Origin: a virus
Lineage: Duplodnaviria > Caudoviricetes
Strand: one strand, 5' to 3'
DNA length: 25,844 bases
IMG/VR virus record: IMGVR_UViG_3300016471_001133
Span: 1-25,844 of that record
Shown here: in pieces, positions 14,040 to 22,864 of the stretch
Layout of the letters: every line of letters starts with the position of its first letter
Numbering within the stretch: the stretch's first letter is position 1
The notes under the pieces: model-generated
Told to the model about the DNA's origin: nothing
Database searches by the model: none
The model's input: the letters and a program-made list of their open reading frames with translations, nothing else
Made by a program: the position numbers and the translations under genes

Positions 14040-14202
14040 ATGCCAACCGCCACGCTCCGCTTCCGCCATCGCGCACCTCGACGAGCATCTCGCCGAGGCG
14101 ATCAAGGGCGGCGAGCTCGGCCACGATGTCGAGACGGCGTACCAGGAGCTACGCGAGTGGCTTCGGACCCACTGCGCTTCATACGGGCTCGATCTGCCAT
14201 GA
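14040..14202 (+). pseudogene. Frameshifted paralog-like remnant of the 13807 gene
   Basis: MPTATLRF in one frame, then SAIAHLDEHLAEAIKGG...YQELREWLR...DLP* in the +1 frame, ending in an ATGA overlap with rusA. Confidence 0.45.
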
Positions 14203-14597
14203 CCGTCACGCTGTCCATCCCGGGTGATCCGGTGCCGCAGCCTCGCCCGCGGGTGTCCACCGCCGGCGGATTCGCACGGGCGTACGTGCCGAAGTCGCAT
14301 CCGATCCACGCCTATCGCCAGGCGATCGCACTGGCGGCGAGCGTCGCCGGGCTCCGCGAGCAATCGCGGCCCGTGAGCGTCATCATCGACGCGGTGTTCG
14401 CGCGGCCGAAGTCGCACTTGACGAAGTCCGGCGTCAAGCCATCGGCACCAGCGCTGCCGCGTCCCGACGTGGACAACCTGGGCAAGGCGGTGCTTGATGC
14501 GTTGCAAGAGGTGATGGGCGACGACACACACGTAGCCCGGCTTGTGGTCGAGAAATCGTGGGGCACCGAAGGACGCACGACGGTACGGATCACATGA
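14199..14597 (+). CDS. rusA: RusA-family Holliday junction resolvase
   Basis: IPGDPVPQPRPR...RPDVDNLGKAVLDAL...GDDTHVARL carries the RusA catalytic Asp pattern. Confidence 0.9.
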   Translation: MTVTLSIPGDPVPQPRPRVSTAGGFARAYVPKSHPIHAYRQAIALAASVAGLREQSRPVSVIIDAVFARPKSHLTKSGVKPSAPALPRPDVDNLGKAVLDALQEVMGDDTHVARLVVEKSWGTEGRTTVRIT

Positions 14598-15643
14598 ATC
14601 TGCACGTGAACATGGTGGCGTACAACGAAGAGCGCCACATCGAGGAGGCGATTGACTCGATTCTGTCGCAGTCGTTTCGTGACTTCGAGCTCGTCGTTCA
14701 CGACAACTGCTCGACCGATCGCACGGTCGAGATCTGCGAGCGGATCGCCAGCGGCGACCGGCGGCTGCGAATCAACCGTGGCCGATTCAACGTGGGCGCG
14801 GTGCTGCAGCAGCTGCGGGTTCATTGCAACTGGGACGCCGACTACGTCGCGTTTCGCTCGGCCAATGACGTGATGCACCCGGACTACGTCGCGGAGGCGA
14901 TGGAGCTTCTGTCATCCAATCCCGATGTTGGCCTGGCGTACAGTCACGGCTGTGATTTCGCGGGCGACATCGCGACGGCGACTCCGACGCCGGATGAATT
15001 TTGCATCGACACTCGCGGTCTCTCGCGATCGCAGGCATGCGCCGAGGTGATGGGCCGATACTGTTCGCCGCATCCGCTGTGGGGAGTGTGGCGACGCGGC
15101 GTCCGCGAGATGTGCAGGGCGTGCCAGTTCTCCTACGGCTCCGATCACGTGCTGATTGCCGAGGCGGCCCTCTACGGCCATGTCGCCGCGACTCCCGGCA
15201 GGCTGGACTATCGGCGACAAGCGGCCCGCGACGGGCGGGAAGTGCTCCGCGACAACGCCACGCACCACTCGTGCGAAGAAAGCGTCCGCGGGTGCGACCT
15301 CGGTAGCGTGTTCTCGTCGCCGAAAATTCTGATGCCGTTCGTCGATCTGGCGTACAGCCACATCGAGATGTTGAGCATGGCTCGCATTTCCGACGACGAG
15401 CGCGTGGCACTGATGGACGCGGCGCTTGTGATATTCCGCGCGAGGTTCGGCGAGCGGCTCGCGATGGAGGCGCGCGTGTTCGCGGAGTGGCTGAGCACGG
15501 CGGCGGATGCCGTGTCCGAGGCGAGTCAATCGAGCCGCGTGCTGATCTGCACGTGGCGGACCAAGGTGGCTCGCGAGATCGGGAAGTTGCGGACGCTGAA
15601 TTTGCCGACCGAAGCGTGCGACAGGATGCTCGCGCAATGCTGA
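14594..15643 (+). CDS. Glycosyltransferase family 2
   Basis: VAYNEERHIEEAIDSILSQSFRDFELVVHDNCSTDRT and YVAFRSANDVMHPDY. Confidence 0.9.
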   Translation: MNLHVNMVAYNEERHIEEAIDSILSQSFRDFELVVHDNCSTDRTVEICERIASGDRRLRINRGRFNVGAVLQQLRVHCNWDADYVAFRSANDVMHPDYVAEAMELLSSNPDVGLAYSHGCDFAGDIATATPTPDEFCIDTRGLSRSQACAEVMGRYCSPHPLWGVWRRGVREMCRACQFSYGSDHVLIAEAALYGHVAATPGRLDYRRQAARDGREVLRDNATHHSCEESVRGCDLGSVFSSPKILMPFVDLAYSHIEMLSMARISDDERVALMDAALVIFRARFGERLAMEARVFAEWLSTAADAVSEASQSSRVLICTWRTKVAREIGKLRTLNLPTEACDRMLAQC

Positions 15644-16422
15644 CGCTTTTCACCATCGTCTTGAACGGCGAGCCGTACATCGAGCAGCACCTGGCGACGT
15701 TTCGCCGGCTGACGATCCCGTGGCAGTGGCGGATCGTCGAGGGCGTCGCGGAGCCGACGCACTGCACGGCGTGGTGTCAGACGATGCCGGATCGCTGGCA
15801 CCGCGACTACGCCAGCGTCGATGGAACGCACGAGTACCTCAAAGCGATCAACGGATGGCGTGGCGACATCGGCAGCGTCGGCGTGTCGGGCCGTCGCTCG
15901 CCGTGGCCTGGCAAGCTCGCGATGGTTGCCCGCGCCCTCGAAGGCGTCCAGGGCGGCGTCGTGATGCAGATCGACTCGGACGAGATCTGGCAGGCGTGGC
16001 AACTAGAGCGGATCTACTGGCTGATGATGGAGCAGCCGGTGGCGACGGCCGCGCGGTTCGCATGCCGCTACTGGGTCGGGCCGACGAAGCTGCTGACATC
16101 GACGACGGGCTGGGCACGCGGCGACCTCGAGTGGCTGCGGGCGTGGCGTTGGGGGCCGGGCATGAAGTTTTTCCGACACGAACCGCCGATCGCCACGGGG
16201 TTTGACCGGTGCGTCACGATCGAATCGACGCAGGCGGCTGGGCTCGTGTTCGACCACTTCGCGTATGTGACCGAGCAGCAGATTGCGATGAAGCAGGACT
16301 ACTACGGCTACACGGGGCTGGTCGATGCGTGGCACCGGCTGCAAGCGACGCCGGGGCCGGTGAACCTGCAGGAGTTCTTTCCGTTCGCCATCGGGGCGAC
16401 CGCGGATGACGTGAGGATATGA
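15637..16422 (+). CDS. GT-A-fold glycosyltransferase-like protein
   Basis: TIVLNGEPYIEQHL, IVEG, SVDGT and a DxD motif in VMQIDSDEIW. Confidence 0.7.
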   Translation: MLTLFTIVLNGEPYIEQHLATFRRLTIPWQWRIVEGVAEPTHCTAWCQTMPDRWHRDYASVDGTHEYLKAINGWRGDIGSVGVSGRRSPWPGKLAMVARALEGVQGGVVMQIDSDEIWQAWQLERIYWLMMEQPVATAARFACRYWVGPTKLLTSTTGWARGDLEWLRAWRWGPGMKFFRHEPPIATGFDRCVTIESTQAAGLVFDHFAYVTEQQIAMKQDYYGYTGLVDAWHRLQATPGPVNLQEFFPFAIGATADDVRI

Positions 16423-17276
16423 CGACCTACACCATCACCGCCGAAGAGATCGAGGCTCACCGCCCCGACGTGTTGCTCCCGCCCGACGAAGAGTTCGCTG
16501 CGGCGTACGCCGCAGACGTTCGCATCGGGCGTGAGCTCGCCGCCGAGCGGACGGTTGCACTCGTTGCCATCTGCCGCAATGCCATGCCCTGGCTGCCGCA
16601 GACGCTGCGGCTCGTCGAAGAAACGGGCGCGATGTTTCGGTCGTGGCAGGCGTTCATCTTCGAGAACGACTCAAGCGACGAAACAAAAGGCGTGCTCTCG
16701 GAGTGGGCCGACGGCAACCGTCGCCAGGCGCTGCTCAACATCAACCATCGGCCGCACCTCTCGCACACGATCGCCACCGAGCGGACGGTCGCCCTCGCCG
16801 AATACCGCACGCAGTGCCAGTGGTGGGTGCGGCACATCGAGCCGGTGGACTACGTGATCGTGTACGACACCGACCCATGGGGCGGGTGGAGCGTAGACGG
16901 TGTGGCGACAAGCGTGGCACACATGCAGGCGAACCGCGACGCGTCGTGCATGGCGAGCTACTCGTGGGCCGAGCACAACGGGCACGCGATCCACTATGAC
17001 GCATTCGCGGCACGCCAGAATCACTGGCGGCGTCGCGACCAGACGTGGTTTCACCATTGGCATCCGCCGGTCGGCTCGCTGCCGCTGCGATTCAACAGCG
17101 CCTTCGGACAACTGGCGCTCTACAGGAGGGACGCATACCTCGCGATGCAATACAGCGGCGAGGACTGCGAGCACGTTTGTGCCCATGCCACGATGCCGGG
17201 GCGGTTGTATCTCAACCCGTCGAGCCGGTGCGTGTCCTTCTGGACGCCTCGAGATGTTTGCGACAGCGGCGATTGA
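16419..17276 (+). CDS. Glycosyltransferase, CAP59/GT69-like
   Basis: ICRNAMPWL, FIFENDSSDET, LAEYR, VIVYDTD, YDAFA, FNSAFGQLALY and DCEHV. Confidence 0.65.
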   Translation: MTTYTITAEEIEAHRPDVLLPPDEEFAAAYAADVRIGRELAAERTVALVAICRNAMPWLPQTLRLVEETGAMFRSWQAFIFENDSSDETKGVLSEWADGNRRQALLNINHRPHLSHTIATERTVALAEYRTQCQWWVRHIEPVDYVIVYDTDPWGGWSVDGVATSVAHMQANRDASCMASYSWAEHNGHAIHYDAFAARQNHWRRRDQTWFHHWHPPVGSLPLRFNSAFGQLALYRRDAYLAMQYSGEDCEHVCAHATMPGRLYLNPSSRCVSFWTPRDVCDSGD

Positions 17277-17649
17277 TCGCGCCGTACTCGAGGCGCAGTG
17301 GGAATCGTACATGCCGATGGCGGAGATATGCACCCACTGGACGATATCGAAGGACAACCTGATCTCGCTGCGTGACGCGTGGTCGATGCCGAAGCGGCTC
17401 GATCGAGCACGCCGCCACAAACCGCCGCGAGCGGAAAGGCCAGATGACGCTGAGGAGCTCGCGAGCCAGGCGAGCCTGTCGCTCGCGCCGCAGATCGCCG
17501 CGCGAGTGACGATCGTGCAGGCGACATGGTCGGCCGAGGTGCGGCTGTCACGTGAGGTCGCGAAGGGCACGCCGTTCTCGTTGCGGCACATTCGCGTCGA
17601 TGACCTGATCCAGGCGGTGATCGACGACCACGAGCAGGACGCGAACTAA
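17254..17649 (+). CDS. Hypothetical HTH-like protein, paralogous in part to 10122-10604
   Basis: PMAEICTHWTISKDNLISLR is HTH-like; LSLAPQIAA...WSAE resembles LRLAPHVEA...WSPE. Confidence 0.6.
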   Translation: MFATAAIDRAVLEAQWESYMPMAEICTHWTISKDNLISLRDAWSMPKRLDRARRHKPPRAERPDDAEELASQASLSLAPQIAARVTIVQATWSAEVRLSREVAKGTPFSLRHIRVDDLIQAVIDDHEQDAN

Positions 17650-17681
17650 AAGACGAGCTTCGCGCGGGCGACACTGTGGGC

Positions 17682-17807
17682 ATGGACGCTCACGCGTACG
17701 CTCCGACGCCGGCCGCCGTGCTGATGCTCGCCGCCGCGCGACGCGTCAACGGCCAATCGCTACGCCCGGCGTCACCGAAGCCGAAGCCAACGGAGGCGGC
17801 ACCGTGA
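17682..17807 (+). CDS. Small hypothetical protein
   Basis: MDAHAYAPTPAAVLMLAAARR...*; GTGA overlap with the next gene. Confidence 0.35.
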   Translation: MDAHAYAPTPAAVLMLAAARRVNGQSLRPASPKPKPTEAAP

Positions 17808-18163
17808 CTCGCCGCGAGTTGCACGAGCACGTGTGGCGGCAGCTGCCGCTGCGGCGTCACATGGCGGGCCGCGATACGGTCGAGACGATCACCGATCTGT
17901 GCGTCGAGTGGTGGGAGCCCGAGTATCTGCGACACGCGAGCCGAGCCCGGGAGCGGGCGGTCGTGCTGGGCGGCATCGTGGCATCGGTGAAGCGCGCCCA
18001 CCAGTGGCAGAGCGACCGCGAGCCAGTGGAGTACGACATGACCTGGACCGTGCTCTACGGGCTCCTGGCTCACGAGATCGCCACGATCCTGGAGCGGTGG
18101 TGGCGGGCGTCCGCCGCAAACAGGCGGCTCATGGCGGAGTGGCACGAAGCCATCCGCGCATAA
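17804..18163 (+). CDS. Hypothetical protein
   Basis: GTG start with GGAGG RBS; Trp-rich, helical. Confidence 0.65.
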   Translation: MTRRELHEHVWRQLPLRRHMAGRDTVETITDLCVEWWEPEYLRHASRARERAVVLGGIVASVKRAHQWQSDREPVEYDMTWTVLYGLLAHEIATILERWWRASAANRRLMAEWHEAIRA

Positions 18164-18219
18164 CTGCAAGTGTGTCCGATGGTCTGGCACACTTGGGGTG
18201 TACCCAGGAGACATGCCAC

Positions 18220-18534
18220 ATGCGCGTTATCGCCGCCATCATCGTGTTCCTGCTGGCGAGCCTGTCGGCTCACGCCGGCGACCTGCTGATTTTCACTCGC
18301 TCCGGTTGCGGAGCGTGCGACCGCGCGAAAGCCGCGATTGCGTCGGATCCGGCGATCGCTGCGGGTCACACCCTGACCAGCATCGACACGCAGTCGCAGC
18401 CGCTGCTCGCTCGGATGTACCGGGTGCGTGCGGTGCCGGTGTTTGTGCTGGAGATCAACGGCAAGGAGGTCGCTCGCACGGTGGGATTTTCGACGGGTGC
18501 GGATCTCAAAGCCTGGCTGGAGGCCCAGAAATGA
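18220..18534 (+). CDS. Exported thioredoxin-like protein
   Basis: Signal peptide MRVIAAIIVFLLASLSAHA, CGAC motif, YRVRAVPVFV (cis-Pro loop) and NGKEVARTVG. Confidence 0.8.
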   Translation: MRVIAAIIVFLLASLSAHAGDLLIFTRSGCGACDRAKAAIASDPAIAAGHTLTSIDTQSQPLLARMYRVRAVPVFVLEINGKEVARTVGFSTGADLKAWLEAQK

Positions 18535-18905
18535 CAGCGATCACCACAGCGGCCTACGCGGCGGCGAGCGACGCGAGCGACCTAGCCTCGGCCGTGCAGG
18601 CGTTCTTGGATACGGCCGTCGCCAAGGCGTCGGACGGCATCACCTGGGCGGAGTTCGGAGAGCTGCTCATCGCCCTCCTGCGGTTGACGGTGACGAGTCT
18701 GGATGTCGTCAGCGGCATGGACGGTGCGGAAAAGAAAGCGCTCGTCATGGTGGCGGTCGGGACGCTTTTCGACCGCTTGGCTGACCGCGCGGTCCCGCCG
18801 ATCGCGCTGCCCGTGTGGTGGCTGGTGCGGCCCGCGGTGCGGTCGCTGCTGATGTCTCTGGCGTCTGGTGCGGTCGAGGCCCTCCTCCCACTGGTGCGTG
18901 CATGA
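18531..18905 (+). CDS. Hypothetical hydrophobic / membrane-associated protein
   Basis: ATGA overlap; amphipathic and hydrophobic helices. Confidence 0.65.
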   Translation: MTAITTAAYAAASDASDLASAVQAFLDTAVAKASDGITWAEFGELLIALLRLTVTSLDVVSGMDGAEKKALVMVAVGTLFDRLADRAVPPIALPVWWLVRPAVRSLLMSLASGAVEALLPLVRA

Positions 18906-19438
18906 CGACACTCCTGCTGGTCGGTGCCGCCGCGGCGTTCGGTTGGCCCTGGCTTCGCGATCACTGGCATCAGGTCGACATCCGCAAAATCCCGTCGCAC
19001 TATGCGGCGGTGGTGCTGCTCGCCGCTGCGGCGTGGATGCAGTACCGGCCGTCGGCTCCTGCACCAGGGCCGACGCCACCGCCTCCGCCGGCGGCTCTCT
19101 CGCTGCGTGGATTGTTCACCGGCGCGGATGCCGCAGCCGATGCCGCGATCTTGGGCGCGTTGTGCGGCGAGCTTGCGGACGAAATCGAATGGGATTCCAA
19201 GCAGCCAGAGCCGTTGCTCAAGACGGGCGTGGCCCTAGACGAGCTGCGGATCCGCTCGCGAGTGCTGCTGGTGCGCGGCGTCAGCCTCGGCCAGAAATAT
19301 CCGTTGGTGCGTGACGCGATCGACCGGCACCTCACCGCGATCGCCGGCCGCAGCGGCGGGCCGCTCACGCCCGAGGCCCGGGCGAAATGGGTGCAGGCGT
19401 TTCGGGACATTGCCTCCGCATGTGAGGACGCAAGATGA
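18902..19438 (+). CDS. Membrane-anchored protein with a Pro-rich linker
   Basis: Two N-terminal hydrophobic segments, PAPGPTPPPPP, then a helical domain with two Cys. Confidence 0.65.
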   Translation: MTTLLLVGAAAAFGWPWLRDHWHQVDIRKIPSHYAAVVLLAAAAWMQYRPSAPAPGPTPPPPPAALSLRGLFTGADAAADAAILGALCGELADEIEWDSKQPEPLLKTGVALDELRIRSRVLLVRGVSLGQKYPLVRDAIDRHLTAIAGRSGGPLTPEARAKWVQAFRDIASACEDAR

Positions 19439-20514
19439 GGGCGTCCGTCGCACTGCGTGTGATCCTCGCGGGCGCGTGCCTGCTGCTCGCGGCGTATGCG
19501 CTGCAGCGGCCAAGCCTGCCTCAGCAATCACCGCCAGTCGATCAGCCGCAGGGCTACACGCCGGACCCGGAGGGCGTGCGGAGATTCTTGGACGGTCTGC
19601 CGCAGCCGTACTTCGCCGAGGCCGGCGCGGAGTGCATGGAAAAATTCTCGGGGCAGGACAGGTTCTTGTTCCGCGCGCTGTACAAGGCACACCAAGACCG
19701 ATACGGCACGCCGTTCACCGTCGGTCGGCAACTGATCGGCGACTGCGTCTCATGGGGTGCGATGCACGCCGTGTGGGTTGCCGAGAGCGTTGACTACGAA
19801 CTTGGCAAGCGGAGCGAACCGCCGGTCGCGCCATCGACCGAGGCGATCTACGGTGGCTCGCGAGTAGAGGCACGCGGCAAGGATGGCAGCGGCGCGCGGC
19901 CCGTCGGCGGGTTCTCCGACGGCAGCACGGGCTGGGGTGCTGCGAAGTTCCTGTCAGATTGGGGCGTCGTCTATCGCATCCCATATCCCGATCTCGGATA
20001 TGACCTCACGCACTACGACTCAAAGAAGGCGAAGGCATGGGGAGCCTACGGCTGTGGCGGCGAGGGTGACGGCGGCAAGCTTGACGAGCTCGCGAAGAAA
20101 CACCCGTGCAAGCATGTCGTCCAAGTGAAAACTTGGGACGAGCTGTGCGCGGCGATCGACTCGGGCTATCCGGTGACGATCGCAAGTTCGCAGGGATTTT
20201 CATCGCAGCGCGACGAGCATGGATTCGCTCGCGGCCAAGGCACATGGATGCACCAGATGATGGTGCTAGGCACGCGATTTCAGGCGAACGGCTCTCCGAA
20301 AGACGGAGCGCTCATCCTCAATAGCTGGGGACCGTCATGGATCTCCGGTCCGCGATGGCCCGAGGATCAGCCGGAGGGATCGTTCTGGTGTACCAAAGAA
20401 ACGATGCAACGCATCCTCGGCCAGGACGATAGCTACGCAGTCGGTAGTGTCGATGGTTTCAAGCATAGAGACTTGAACAATGCCAACTGGCTCATGCCAG
20501 CACCAACGGAGTGA
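19435..20514 (+). CDS. Papain-like (C1) cysteine peptidase with N-terminal signal/anchor
   Basis: QLIGDCVSWG (Gln and catalytic Cys), YPV, WMHQMMVLG (His) and ILNSWG..W (Asn). Confidence 0.85.
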   Translation: MRASVALRVILAGACLLLAAYALQRPSLPQQSPPVDQPQGYTPDPEGVRRFLDGLPQPYFAEAGAECMEKFSGQDRFLFRALYKAHQDRYGTPFTVGRQLIGDCVSWGAMHAVWVAESVDYELGKRSEPPVAPSTEAIYGGSRVEARGKDGSGARPVGGFSDGSTGWGAAKFLSDWGVVYRIPYPDLGYDLTHYDSKKAKAWGAYGCGGEGDGGKLDELAKKHPCKHVVQVKTWDELCAAIDSGYPVTIASSQGFSSQRDEHGFARGQGTWMHQMMVLGTRFQANGSPKDGALILNSWGPSWISGPRWPEDQPEGSFWCTKETMQRILGQDDSYAVGSVDGFKHRDLNNANWLMPAPTE

Positions 20515-20518
20515 CGCC

Positions 20519-20701
20519 ATGTTTCGCCGCCTGTTTCGCCGTGACGCCGCGATGCAATCGCAGACACACTCGCAGTCTGTGATCGCCGGATGTCTGTTCG
20601 CTCTGGTGATCCTGTCGGCCGTCGCCCTCGGCATGGCCGTCGGGTCGTCTGCCTGTCACTGCCACCACTACGGATGGACGCCCGATGACTGCTGCGAGTG
20701 A
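20519..20701 (+). CDS. Small membrane protein with a Cys/His-rich tail
   Basis: TM segment VIAGCLFALVILSAVALGMAVG, then ACHCHH...DDCCE. Confidence 0.45.
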   Translation: MFRRLFRRDAAMQSQTHSQSVIAGCLFALVILSAVALGMAVGSSACHCHHYGWTPDDCCE

Positions 20702-20996
20702 GCCGGATCGACGGTACAGCGTCCGCGCGCTGGCCTTGTGTTTCGTCGTCTCGGTGGCCGTCGGCTACGGTGCCGCTACGGTAGTGGCGTCCTATGAGCA
20801 GAGCCGGCCGGTTCTCCAGACGATCAGTAGAGTCGCGAGACTGCTGCTCTGGGGTGCCGCGTTCCTCGAGCGGCCGCCGGCGTATCACGATGAGCATGCG
20901 ATCCAGGCCGCACCGGAGGACTACGCCGTCGTGCCGCCGCGACCGCTGCCCCGCCGCGACGGCGAGGAACTGATCGACCACGCGCGAGGCTGGTGA
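20685..20996 (+). CDS. Hypothetical membrane protein
   Basis: N-terminal hydrophobic segment; C-terminus IDHARGW. Confidence 0.6.
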   Translation: MTAASEPDRRYSVRALALCFVVSVAVGYGAATVVASYEQSRPVLQTISRVARLLLWGAAFLERPPAYHDEHAIQAAPEDYAVVPPRPLPRRDGEELIDHARGW

Positions 20997-20997
20997 C

Positions 20998-21165
20998 ATG
21001 TGGCGATACCTCATCTACTGGCTGACCTGGCTGGCCGGCGAGCCGGGCGAGATGGACGTGGCCCACGCCAAGGCCGCCGCTAGCGTGAGCGCCGCCCGGG
21101 CGAGCATGACGACCGCGCCGCCGGCACCGCCGACGCCTCCGCCGCAGACGGAACCGGAGAAATGA
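20998..21165 (+). CDS. Small hypothetical protein
   Basis: MWRYLIYWLTWLAGEPGEMDVAHAKAAASVSAARASM...PPAPPTPPPQTEPEK*; exactly fills the gap. Confidence 0.55.
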   Translation: MWRYLIYWLTWLAGEPGEMDVAHAKAAASVSAARASMTTAPPAPPTPPPQTEPEK

Positions 21166-21168
21166 TCC

Positions 21169-21504
21169 ATGGCCGAGTTCTCGCTGCTGCCCGGTCAACT
21201 CGCGCTTAAGACCCGCCGCGGTGACGAGTTCAGCGCGACCGTCACTCTCTCGCAGTCTGGCTCGCCGTTCGTGCTGACCGGCTACACGGTCACGGCTGCG
21301 ATCACGTCGCTCGTGGACGGCACGAGCGTGGACGACTTCACCTGCTTGGTCGTGTCCGCGACTGCGGGCACGGTGTCGATCTCGCTTCAGGAGAACGAGA
21401 CCTCCGCGCTTGCGTCGGGCTCCTATGCTTGGTCGCTGCGGTGGATCGCGCCCGGCGCGGTCACTCGCACCGCACTGTCGGGCGTGCTAGAGGTGACGCG
21501 GTGA
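21169..21504 (+). CDS. Virion structural protein (BppU/Ig-like beta-sandwich)
   Basis: RRGDEFSATVTL...LTGYTVTAAI...GTVSISL..NETSAL..GSYAWSL...LSGVLEVT; lies upstream of the fibre genes. Confidence 0.6.
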   Translation: MAEFSLLPGQLALKTRRGDEFSATVTLSQSGSPFVLTGYTVTAAITSLVDGTSVDDFTCLVVSATAGTVSISLQENETSALASGSYAWSLRWIAPGAVTRTALSGVLEVTR

Positions 21505-21782
21505 GCATCGAGGTCAGCGTCAGCGGCAATCCAATTCAGGCAAGCGTCACCGAAAGCGGCGCGAGCGTCGCAGTGTCGCCCGTGGCGATCTCGGCGACGG
21601 TGCTCGCGGGCATCGGTCCGCAGGGACCGGCGGGCGCTGGCGGTGAGGTCGGCTCTTCGACGCTCGCAGGGCTCACCGATGTGCAGATCACGTCGGCCGC
21701 CGACGGTGACGTGCTGAGATACAACGGCTCGAAGTGGGCCGACTACGCTGAAGTGAACCTGACCGATGGAGGTAATTTCTAG
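21501..21782 (+). CDS. Small tail-fibre-associated protein
   Basis: GPQGPAG collagen-like triplets, LTDVQITSAADGDVLRYNGSKW and a terminal DGGNF. Confidence 0.65.
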   Translation: MSIEVSVSGNPIQASVTESGASVAVSPVAISATVLAGIGPQGPAGAGGEVGSSTLAGLTDVQITSAADGDVLRYNGSKWADYAEVNLTDGGNF

Positions 21783-21784
21783 CC

Positions 21785-22861
21785 ATGCCGAACGTCATCA
21801 GAATCAAGCGTCGCGCATCGTCCGGTGGCGCAGGAGCGCCGAGCTCGCTCGCCAACGCCGAACTCGCGTTCAATGAAAACTCGAACATCCTCTACTACGG
21901 TACAGGCACCGGCGGTGCTTCTGGCTCGGCCACTAGCGTGATCGCGATCGCGGGATCTGGTGCGTTCGTCTCAATCACCGAGGTCCGCGCGGCAAACACG
22001 GTCCTCGCTGGCCCGACGAGCGGTGCCGCAGCTGCGCCGACGTTCCGGGCTCTGACATCCGACGACATCCCTTCACTGTCGGGCGTGTACATCCCGATGA
22101 CCGGCACTGCGACGCCGACCGGGACGTACACGTTCAGCGGCACGGTCAACGTCACGGGCACGTTTCAGCTGGGCTCGACGACCGTCACCTCCTCGGCCGC
22201 CGAACTGAACCTCGTGGATGGCTCGATCGCGAACACGGTCGTGAACTCGAAGGCGGTGATCTACGGCTCGGCCGGGCAGATCGCGGCGACGACGCTCACC
22301 ACCAGCGGCAACGCGACGGTCGGTGGGAACCTCACGGTCACGGGCGACCTCACCGTGAACGGGACGGTCACGACGGTGAACAGCACGACCGTCACTGTGG
22401 ACGACAAGAACATCGAGCTCGGCAGCGTCTACAACCCGACGGACACGACCGCCGACGGTGGCGGCATCACGCTGCGTGGCACGACCGACAAGACGATCAT
22501 TTGGTACAACGCGACCGACTCGTGGACGTTCAATCAGAACATCGAACTAACCGCCACCTACGCCTACCGAATCGACGGCGTGTCGGTTCTGAGCAAGACT
22601 ACGCTGGGCTCCACGGTCGTGTCGTCATCGCTCACGAGCGTGGGCACGATCGGCACCGGCGTCTGGCAGGGCACGGCGGTGGGCGTCGCCTACGGCGGCA
22701 CTGGGCTGACCTCCGCACCGCAGGGCTCGGTGCTCGTGGCAAACACGGCGAACACGTACACCGCGCTTGACGGCGGCGGTACGAACGATGGACTGCTCGC
22801 CTACACGGCATCAAGCGACACGATCGCGTGGGCGACGAGCATCGACGGCGGGACGTTCTGA
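21785..22861 (+). CDS. Tail fibre protein with an Mtd_N-like N-terminus
   Basis: IRIKRR...APSSLANAELAFN...LYYG; Thr/Gly-rich beta repeats (GNLTVTGDLTVNGT); terminal IDGGTF. Confidence 0.75.
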   Translation: MPNVIRIKRRASSGGAGAPSSLANAELAFNENSNILYYGTGTGGASGSATSVIAIAGSGAFVSITEVRAANTVLAGPTSGAAAAPTFRALTSDDIPSLSGVYIPMTGTATPTGTYTFSGTVNVTGTFQLGSTTVTSSAAELNLVDGSIANTVVNSKAVIYGSAGQIAATTLTTSGNATVGGNLTVTGDLTVNGTVTTVNSTTVTVDDKNIELGSVYNPTDTTADGGGITLRGTTDKTIIWYNATDSWTFNQNIELTATYAYRIDGVSVLSKTTLGSTVVSSSLTSVGTIGTGVWQGTAVGVAYGGTGLTSAPQGSVLVANTANTYTALDGGGTNDGLLAYTASSDTIAWATSIDGGTF

Positions 22862-22864
22862 CGC

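Noticed and set aside
13563-17591. Long minus-strand ORFs (13563-14531, 14787-15767, 16671-17591)
   Set aside because: Antisense to well-supported genes; expected in high-GC DNA.
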